A stretch of 64,000 nt of DNA from the human T2T-CHM13v2.0 reference genome, Homo sapiens: NCBI RefSeq assembly GCF_009914755.1, contig NC_060946.1. One strand, given 5' to 3'. Positions 1 through 10,121 of the stretch are shown here, in pieces. Numbering within the stretch: the stretch's first letter is position 1; every line of letters starts with the position of its first letter. The notes beneath the pieces are model-generated. The model was not told where the DNA came from and did no database searches. It saw only the letters and a program-made list of their open reading frames with translations. The translations under genes were made by a program, and so were the position numbers.

Positions 1-1104
1 CCCAGTAAGTGGCCGTGGGTTCCCAAGCGCCTCTCCTCCCTGGGCCATGGGCGTGACTGCTGAAAAGCGGGTTAGGCCGGGGAGTTCAGAATCCGGAGTG
101 AATCCGAACTACCCCAGGGAGACGGCAGCGAAGAAAATCTTGTTCTTAGGAGAACGCAATCTTCGGACACCAGAAGTTCCTCTATGATGCTATTCTGTGG
201 CAGCCTTGCACTTGAGCCGGATGAAAATTGTAAAAACCCAGGTTGGGCGACAGGACGGCGCGTCTTCCCGGCTCCTTTCCAGAGTTTAGGAGGAGCCATG
301 CAGACTCAGCCGGCCTTTGGGGGTAGGTGGACAGGCCCGGCGCGCCCTCTCGAGGCCCCTTCAACCTCCCGGGGGCAGCAGCGCCGTGTCGGCTATGAAT
401 GGGGCCTCTGGAAAACTCAGGCTTGGAACAGGTAACCCCCCGGTTTCCGCAGGCCACAAATCACCACCCGCAACCGAAGGACGCGCAGGCTGGGAGCGGC
501 GGCGGGGCCACCAGTGCGGACCTCCACTGAGGGCGGCGGGATCCGACCGCAAGGGCTGGTCCCTGAGGCCACTAAGGGGTGCGCTGGGCTAAGGCCGCCT
601 GGGGGCAGGAGCCAGCGCGATCGTGGCGGGCCAGCAGGCGGGGCTGGCTGAGGACTAGCAGCGACCCGAGACCCCAACCCTTCCCACGCGGACCCCGGGA
701 TCCCTCTCCCAGCAGCCGCCCATCTAGGGCCCTGAGCCAATAAGAGCTCGAGATATATATGATTCACCGGGCCTGGGCCAATCACCTTGACGCGCGCTCT
801 TCGCCAGCACCTCGCGCGATAACCTGGCGTCCTCGGCCTTCACAATAAAAACTCTTCGCCGGAAAACGACCTTTCCCCGCCCACTGCGCTGACACCGGAA
901 GCGAGGCGTGTCTGGGAGATCACTCCGCGCTCCGGCGGCGAAGGAAAGAACGGACTCTGATCATAGAAGCCTAGTAAAGTAGTACACCTCTCTCCTTTCG
1001 TGAGGCCATAAGAACAAACTCCTTTTCTCGTCACAGCTACGCCCTGGGCATAAACGGTTGGGGCGTCAAAGGGAGGGAGGGAAGGGAGCGGGCGGGAGGA
1101 GACG

Positions 1105-1113
1105 GTCACGTGG
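1105..1113 (+). promoter_or_regulatory. ATF4: E-box/CLEAR-like element GTCACGTGG (bHLH-ZIP: TFEB/TFE3, USF, MYC, CLOCK-BMAL1 class)
   Basis: GTCACGTG lies ~55 bp upstream of the TATA box. Confidence 0.65.
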
Positions 1114-1161
1114 TCGCGGCGGAAGGATGCGTCTGTGCTGCGTCCCCATAGAGACGAAGTC

Positions 1162-1167
1162 TATAAA
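1162..1167 (+). promoter_or_regulatory. ATF4: TATA box of ATF4; TSS expected at ~1192-1195
   Basis: TATAAA is followed ~30 nt later by the Inr-like CCATTTCT. Confidence 0.85.
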
Positions 1168-1215
1168 GGGCCGGCGGGCGGCCACGGCAGCCATTTCTAC
1201 TTTGCCCGCCCACAG

Positions 1216-1221
1216 ATGTAG
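1216..1221 (+). promoter_or_regulatory. ATF4: Start-stop element (ATG-TAG, uORF0) in ATF4 5' leader
   Basis: ATGTAG is seen directly. It is a known feature of the human ATF4 leader. Confidence 0.85.
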
Positions 1222-1278
1222 TTTTCTCTGCGCGTGTGCGTTTTCCCTCCTCCCCCGCCCTCAGGGTCCACGGCCACC

Positions 1279-1290
1279 ATGGCGTATTAG
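1279..1290 (+). CDS. ATF4: ATF4 uORF1 (Met-Ala-Tyr-stop), reinitiation-permissive
   Basis: GCCACC-ATG-GCG-TAT-TAG in an optimal Kozak context. Confidence 0.95.
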   Translation: MAY

Positions 1291-1377
1291 GGGCAGCAGT
1301 GCCTGCGGCAGCATTGGCCTTTGCAGCGGCGGCAGCAGCACCAGGCTCTGCAGCGGCAACCCCCAGCGGCTTAAGCC

Positions 1378-2159
1378 ATGGCGTGAGTACCGGGGCGGGT
1401 CGTCCAGCTGTGCTCCTGGGGCCGGCGCGGGTTTTGGATTGGTGGGGTGCGGCCTGGGGCCAGGGCGGTGCCGCCAAGGGGGAAGCGATTTAACGAGCGC
1501 CCGGGACGCGTGGTCTTTGCTTGGGTGTCCCCGAGACGCTCGCGTGCCTGGGATCGGGAAAGCGTAGTCGGGTGCCCGGACTGCTTCCCCAGGAGCCCTA
1601 CAGCCCTCGGACCCCGAGCCCCGCAAGGGTCCCAGGGGTCTTGGCTGTTGCCCCACGAAACGTGGCAGGAACCAAGATGGCGGCGGCAGGGCGGCGGCGC
1701 GGGCGTGAGTCAAGGGCGGGCGGTGGGCGGGGCGCGGCCGCCCTGGCCGTATTTGGACGTGGGGACGGAGCGCTTTCCTCTTGGCGGCCGGTGGAAGAAT
1801 CCCCTGGTCTCCGTGAGCGTCCATTTTGTGGAACCTGAGTTGCAAGCAGGGAGGGGCAAATACAACTGCCCTGTTCCCGATTCTCTAGATGGCCGATCTA
1901 GAGAAGTCCCGCCTCATAAGTGGAAGGATGAAATTCTCAGAACAGCTAACCTCTAATGGGAGTTGGCTTCTGATTCTCATTCAGGCTTCTCACGGCATTC
2001 AGCAGCAGCGTTGCTGTAACCGACAAAGACACCTTCGAATTAAGCACATTCCTCGATTCCAGCAAAGCACCGCAACATGACCGAAATGAGCTTCCTGAGC
2101 AGCGAGGTGTTGGTGGGGGACTTGATGTCCCCCTTCGACCCGTCGGGTTTGGGGGCTGA
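1378..2159 (+). CDS. ATF4: ATF4 uORF2, inhibitory and overlapping the main ORF; join(1378..1382,1985..2159), 59 aa MALLTAFSSSVAVTDKDTFELSTFLDSSKAPQHDRNELPEQRGVGGGLDVPLRPVGFGG
   Basis: GCCATGGC|gtgagt donor at 1383 and ttctcattcag| acceptor at 1984. 5+175=180 nt, ending in TGA at 2157-2159, out of frame with the ATG at 2077. Confidence 0.93.
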
Positions 2160-3233
2160 AGAAAGCCTAGGTCTCTTAGATGATTACCTGGAGGTGGCCA
2201 AGCACTTCAAACCTCATGGGTTCTCCAGCGACAAGGCTAAGGCGGGCTCCTCCGAATGGCTGGCTGTGGATGGGTTGGTCAGTCCCTCCAACAACAGCAA
2301 GGGTGAGTGGGCCACCACCACATCGTCCTGGTGGGATCTAGGGTTAGGGGCCTCCTACCTTTGTATCTGACTCACTTGGCCCCATCACTCAAATGTTTTG
2401 CAGAGGATGCCTTCTCCGGGACAGATTGGATGTTGGAGAAAATGGATTTGAAGGAGTTCGACTTGGATGCCCTGTTGGGTATAGATGACCTGGAAACCAT
2501 GCCAGATGACCTTCTGACCACGTTGGATGACACTTGTGATCTCTTTGCCCCCCTAGTCCAGGAGACTAATAAGCAGCCCCCCCAGACGGTGAACCCAATT
2601 GGCCATCTCCCAGAAAGTTTAACAAAACCCGACCAGGTTGCCCCCTTCACCTTCTTACAACCTCTTCCCCTTTCCCCAGGGGTCCTGTCCTCCACTCCAG
2701 ATCATTCCTTTAGTTTAGAGCTGGGCAGTGAAGTGGATATCACTGAAGGAGATAGGAAGCCAGACTACACTGCTTACGTTGCCATGATCCCTCAGTGCAT
2801 AAAGGAGGAAGACACCCCTTCAGATAATGATAGTGGCATCTGTATGAGCCCAGAGTCCTATCTGGGGTCTCCTCAGCACAGCCCCTCTACCAGGGGCTCT
2901 CCAAATAGGAGCCTCCCATCTCCAGGTGTTCTCTGTGGGTCTGCCCGTCCCAAACCTTACGATCCTCCTGGAGAGAAGATGGTAGCAGCAAAAGTAAAGG
3001 GTGAGAAACTGGATAAGAAGCTGAAAAAAATGGAGCAAAACAAGACAGCAGCCACTAGGTACCGCCAGAAGAAGAGGGCGGAGCAGGAGGCTCTTACTGG
3101 TGAGTGCAAAGAGCTGGAAAAGAAGAACGAGGCTCTAAAAGAGAGGGCGGATTCCCTGGCCAAGGAGATCCAGTACCTGAAAGATTTGATAGAAGAGGTC
3201 CGCAAGGCAAGGGGGAAGAAAAGGGTCCCCTAG
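2077..3233 (+). CDS. ATF4: Activating transcription factor 4 (CREB2), bZIP; join(2077..2302,2404..3233), 351 aa
   Basis: MTEMSFLSSEVLVGDLMSPF...SNNSK|EDAFSGTDW...DSGICMS (betaTrCP degron, 2829-2849)...KKLKKMEQNKTAATRYRQKKRAEQE and leucine zipper...KKRVP*. GT-AG intron at 2303-2403; 226+830=1056 nt. Confidence 0.99.
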
Positions 3234-3292
3234 TTGAGGATAGTCAGGAGCGTCAATGTGCTTGTACATAGAGTGCTGTAGCTGTGTGTTCC

Positions 3293-3298
3293 AATAAA
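3293..3298 (+). terminator. ATF4: ATF4 polyadenylation signal AATAAA
   Basis: Lies 60 nt after the stop codon, preceded by TGTA elements and followed by a GT/T-rich tract. Confidence 0.9.
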
Positions 3299-4246
3299 TT
3301 ATTTTGTAGGGAAAGTACTTGTGCGTTTGAATTCCTTTCCTGGCAAAGTAACCGAGTGAAGCGCCACCCACCCACCCCAAGCTGGTCTTAACATTTCCTG
3401 TGAGATCTGGGGGAGGAGGCAGTCCAAGGCTGAAGATCGGTTCCCAGAGTGGGATTTGCTCATCCCTGCTCGGTGTAGGCCACGATGGCTGATTCATGGG
3501 GCCCTGGAGCCGTATAGTTGGCCATTTATAGTAAGCTGGGTCCTTTGCCCAGAGCTGAGTGCTGGTTGTGTAGGGGGAGGAGGCTGGAGATCTCTGGGAG
3601 ATTCAGAGGGAGGGACAGCCTGGGCCTCCACCTGTTTATTCAAGAGGGCTTCATGCCAACAGCTGTCGCATAAAACCCTGAATAAGGTTGCACGGTCTTT
3701 GAGATAGCACACAAGATTAGGTTTCACTTGTTACCTGAACAGTTCTGCAGAAGCCTCATCCTGAAGAAAGAAATGGCTCCTTTTGGGAATTGATGCTGAA
3801 ACAGGACAGGAGCTGAGGGTTGGCCTCCGTTTCTCCTTACGGGGTGGAAGGATGACAGCCTGCGCAGGTTCTGGCTAGAGCTGGGCACAAAGGCAGGCAA
3901 CAGTTCCTGTGAAGGCTGTTGTGCCTGCTGCTATCTAAACTAGGAGGCCTGACGGCCTCGGGACATGTTAGGATGGATCAGTGCTTAGAAGCCACACCTC
4001 ACTGCAGCTTCGGACTTCTGGCGGGGCGACTTCGCCTTTCCAGGCAGGCGATGTCTTTTGTCCTGTGTTGCGGATGAATGCTTGAATGCAAAGATCAGCG
4101 CAGCCCGGGTAGGTCTGCCCTTCCTCTTGTGTCCTTCGGGATTAGCCTCATTTTCCGTCTGTGGAAGGTGGTGTAGACCGGGTGTGCCTGGGGAATGGCT
4201 GGGAGGAGAGTGAGAGTGAGTGCAGCCCAGGCACTGCTGTAACTGA

Positions 4247-4797
<551 letters not shown>

Positions 4798-6580
4798 ACC
4801 TAGGAGGATTTTGAGCAAAGAGGTAGAGCTGGGATTTGAACCCAGGACGGCTCCAGTCTGGGCTCTTCATTTTGCCTCTTGAGCTGGAAACAAATGGCCC
4901 GTAACGACCTGCATGGTGGGGCCCACGTGACCTTTCTGGTGCCCAGCATAGACTGTCACCTGAGAGCCAACTGTTGATGGAATGCATGCAGCTGGTTGTG
5001 GAGAAGTGGCCCGAGGCACCACTGGGAGTGGGCATCACACATGGGTCTTGGACCTGGTGCTCTTTGAGGTCTTTCCTGTTGAGATTCTAGAATTCTCCAA
5101 AGGCCATGGGCCTCCATCCACATCCAGGTACTAAATAGGTGTTAGGGTGTGGCCAGGAGCATCAGAGTCATCCAGTGCCAGTGGGGGTCGGCCCTCATTT
5201 GGCAGACGAGAAACTGAGGCACCAAGAAGGGCAGTGCAGGCCAGTGGTGTGGAGCCAGGATGCTGGGGCTGTGCCCTTCCCAAGCCCCTGCAGCTAAGTC
5301 CTCCCACACCCAGAAGGCACCAGCTCAGGTCACAGTGGATTTGCCCTTCTCCCTGACCTCACCTCCTCCCCTCACTGTGCTCCCGGCCTCTCTCCATCTG
5401 TCTGCCAAGCTTGGTCCTGCCTCAGAGCCTTGCACTTGCTGTTTTTTTGTAACTTTTTTCTCCATTGAGTTTATCTGTATACAGATGAACTTTCTGTTCT
5501 CCATTCCCTAACTACAATATAAGCTCACTCTATGGCAGCAGGTATTTTGCTGTCTTGTTCATTCCCGTATTTCCAGGACTTACAGCAGTGCCTGGGAAAT
5601 AGCAAAAATGACTGCAGCGAAAATGTTCAAAGAGCTCTGAGGTTCTAGGCGCCTTCCAGTGATGAGCTCAGAGTCCTCCTGAGAGGCTGTGAGGAGGGTC
5701 TTATGACTGTAACCCTCTTACTGATGCAGCTAAGACCCAGACTTAGGCACCCCCTTGGGAAGTCTGGCCTATGGGTGGACACTGGCCCATGGGCAGGTGG
5801 TATAGGCAGTGATAGTGGCCTGGACAGACCGGCTGGATTTGGCTAGGCAGATATCTGTTCCGGAGAGCCCAGCACAATAAGGGGTACGGGAAGAGGGGGC
5901 AGAGATGAAGTTGATGTCTGGCCACCACCCTGCATGTGGCAACTTGTGGCCCCTGCCAGGCCTTGGCCAGCCCAGCCTAGGCTGACCAGGTCAGAGGTGG
6001 AGCTGGGCTCTACCCAGTGACCAGGGGCCCGGGGCTGGGGGATAGGAAGGGACCTCACAGGCGGGAGCAGACAGCACTCAGCATTTTCTCCTGCTTTGTG
6101 TCTGGGACAAGGCTGTAGGTTGTGGAGAGCAGAGAACGACCTTCATCTTTTCTACAACTAGTCCTGAGTGGGTGCCTGCTCTGCACTACACTGTCTGGGT
6201 GCTGGCTACAGCAGTGAGCCAAATAGATAAACATCCCTGCCCTCATGGAGCTTTGCTTCTGGTAAAGGAGACAGGTGGACCCTAAAAAGAAGAATGAGGT
6301 GACGTGTCACATTCAGATGTGACACAGCAGCTGGGTAGGGCTTGGACATGCTGGGCATGCTCCTTAAGACTGGTGCTTAGGGAGTTGCAGGGGTCAGCCC
6401 GGCAGGGGACTGGGCTGGGATTGGCAAGGAGAGGCGGCCAGGATATGGGTGTGAAGAGAGGGAACCCCCCCGCTGCCAAACAAGAGAAAGGATGGAGGGC
6501 CCATTTCCTGAGATGGGGAAAACCATGGGAAGAGCATGATTTTATTTCAAAGAGGCCAGGGAGAAATAAAAAGTCCCTGG

Positions 6581-6860
<280 letters not shown>

Positions 6861-7062
6861 TCAAGTGCCAACCACCCTTGCCCAGGTGCCCCATGAGGTG
6901 GGGTGGGGGCTCTCAGCCTAGTTGGGAAACGGAAGGTGGATGCTTAGACCAAGTAGAAAGTGGCAGCTTCAGAAGAGAGAGCAGGGCCTCCCAGCTGGGC
7001 TTTGAGGGGTGGGGAGAGTTGTGGACAGAGAATGAGAACACCCCATGAAAGTCAGCCGGGCA

Positions 7063-7365
<303 letters not shown>

Positions 7366-7767
7366 TCAGCCTGGCAGGAAAGAATGGGGCACACACCAAG
7401 TGCCACAGTCCCACTGCCTGTGGCGGAGGCCTTTGCCCAGGCTAAGCTCTGAGCCTGCAGCTGGGCCTCAGCAGAGTCCCATGTTGCAGTCCTGGCCCAC
7501 TCCTGCCTGGCCCCCTTGGCCAACTCCTCTAGTAGCAAAGAGGGCCAGAGAGTGTGGGGGCTTGAGCAGCCCATCCCACTGTGGAAGACACAGGAAGCCA
7601 TGGCTGGGGCCCTCCTCTGGGTCATGGGGTGGCTTCCTCAAACCCTGCTTCCCCAAACCACCTGTGACGCTTCCGGTGCTTTCATACCCATCCATGATGT
7701 CTAGACTGAGGGAGGCCTCCTGCTTTGTCCTGTCGGCCCTGGGTTGAAGTGACAACTCAGTGTCCTC

Positions 7768-8062
7768 TTTTTTTGAGACAGGGTCTTGCTGTCACCCAGG
7801 CTGAGGTGCAGTAACGCCATCTTGGCTCACTGCAGCCTCTGCCTCTCGGGTCCCAGTGATCTTCCCACCCCAGCCCTTTTCCCCACAAGCAGCTGGGACC
7901 ATGAGTGCACACCACCATGCCCAGCTAATTATTGTATTTTTTTTGTAGAGATGGAATTTTGCCATGTTGGCCAGGCTGGTCTTGAATTCCTGACCTCAGG
8001 TGATCCACCTGCCTCAGCCTCCCACAGTGCTGGGATTACATGTGTGAACCACTATGTCTGGC
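7768..8062 (-). mobile_element. Old Alu (AluJ-like)
   Basis: Diverged antisense Alu consensus. Confidence 0.85.
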
Positions 8063-9735
8063 CTCAGTGTCCTCTTATTTGGGCCCTGTTGGTCACCAGG
8101 TCCTGGCCATCACAGCACCTCTTCGGCCCCCCATGGGGACAAACCCTCTCTCCTCCAGTGCTACCCCAGTCACCCCAGCTCCCTGCTGCCTTCCAGACAG
8201 CTGCACCAGAACTGCTCAGGGTGACAGTTAAAAGGCAGACTCCTCAGTGTCCTGTCCTTGACCCACTGGACCAGAGTGCCAGCAGTAAACACAAATGACT
8301 GTCACCCAGAGGAGCATGGACAGGCACCCAATAGTGTTATTTGGCATTAAGTGTAAGATTTATGGGGAAGCTCACAAGTGGGGAAGCAGCAGGACCCTGG
8401 CTCCCATCCTCCTCGTGGGACAGTGCCTGTCACTCTGCACTCTACACAGGGAGGGAGCAGGAAGAACACCTGGGCGATTATGTAACAGTGGGCGTGTTCT
8501 TGTTAGAAAGGGGCCCTGGGCCTATGGTCAGCCTGTTCTTCCAGGCGCTAGAGGCTGAGTTGGCTTTTTGTTAAGCCGCTTAAAATATTAAGGCCACTAG
8601 TCTCCACGGATATCCAAGTTTCTCTGCCCAGTGGGGTCATTACAGCCCAGCAGGCAGGAAGAGGCCCTGGTCTCTAAGGTTTGGGGTCACAGCACACTCC
8701 CTCCCCATCCCCCTGCTGATGGAGGTCGCCTGGAGACAGGACCTGACTCCAGCTCTGCCCCCGGAAGATGTGTGGCCCCCTCATGTCCTCATTTAGGATG
8801 GAACACGGTTAAAGACCAGGAACAGACCACCCAGGGCAGTGGGGGAGCAAGTGCTGTTACAAATAACAGGCCCGAAGGCAATGTCGTCAGGGAACCCAGG
8901 GAGCCAGATGTCACTCCCATCAAACCCAGCCTCAGGGGACTGCCAGGCTCTCGACCAGCAGCAATGGGAGTCACCACAGCAAAGGAGCCCTTAGGCTATG
9001 GTGGGGAGGAGAGAGTTTAGGAGACAAAAGCAGCTGCCTGAAGGCTTCCCAGGTCCCTTCCCCTCAGCCCCCCTGATGAAAGACTCCTGGGCTCTCACTT
9101 CTCACCTCTCCTCCGCTGGCCCTGCCTCCGCTTCCGCCTCCTGTCTTCACTCACACAGTCATTCAGTGCCTGCCTGTCCTTCACCTCCTGATCCCACCCC
9201 ATGCCTGCTGGAAGGGTCCCGCCTGCCTCCCCTCGCCTCCATCCTTCAGCTCAGGCACACCTGAGTGTGAAACCGTTTCTTCAGGTTACCTCCTGAGTCC
9301 TCTCTACTGTCCCCTCCCCACTATGACAGGCATTTGACCCCACCTGGCTGCTCACCAGAGCATGAGCCAGAAAAGGAACACACCGGGTGAAATGCTCCGC
9401 TCATGGCGGACTCCACGCTCCCCGGGCGCAGGCGGAAGTAGCAACACTCCCACTGCCGGACCCAGCCACCTGCACTGGAACTGCTCCCAGCAGCTATTTT
9501 TGCCTCAAGAGTCACCTTTTCAGCTGTGGTGGCCATCCCCAGAGGAGGGAGGCGCCCCTGGCAGCAGAGGTGGGTGTTCTGATGGCTGCCTGCCGGGGCT
9601 GGACTGGAGGACTTGTGACCCGGAGCTCAGAAGCACGCTGGGAGATGGGGAAGGCAGCGTGGCGCTTTGGTGCCACAGGAGATGGGAGACACCCTGTGGG
9701 GCAGACCAGCAGCAAACACAGCTCTTGGGTTCACA

Positions 9736-9741
9736 TTTATT
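9736..9741 (-). terminator. RPS19BP1: RPS19BP1 polyadenylation signal (AATAAA on minus strand)
   Basis: TTTATT on the plus strand, ~380 nt downstream of the stop codon. Confidence 0.8.
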
Positions 9742-10121
9742 GTAACTTGGAAGCCCACCCTTCTTCCTACTCCTGGAGCTGTCGTCCCCAAGGGCTCAGG
9801 AATTAGCCTTGCTCCACAGCAAACAGCCCAGAGGCCCCACCTGGGCAAAAGCAAACAAAACAGATACGTTCCTTTCCGGCAGGTGCAGATGCTCTGCCCA
9901 GGCCTGCGGAAGCCAGCTCCGGTCTGTGTGTAAATCCTCCCCAGGACTTCCGGCCCACCAGCTCCATTCCAGCCTCCACTCGGCTCAGCTCCGCGGCTTC
10001 CTCGAGCCAGGCTGGTCCTGCATCGCCATCTGCTGGCCGCGCGGCACGGCCGGTTCCTGGAGCCAGCAGGAGTCGGAGGCTGCAGGGCTTGAAGGCCTCT
10101 TCACCGTGCCCTCCAGGGAGC

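Larger units (their letters stand above)
300..1810. promoter_or_regulatory. ATF4: CpG island / ATF4 promoter and first exon
   Basis: Dense CpG and GC boxes. CCAAT boxes at ~738 and ~778, ETS-like CCGGAA at ~859 and ~895, E-box at 1107, TATA at 1162. Confidence 0.9.

Noticed and set aside
2307-2403. ORF track 308-aa protein starting MGHHHIVL
   Set aside because: It begins at a non-ATG codon inside ATF4 intron 2. The true CDS joins 2302 to 2404.
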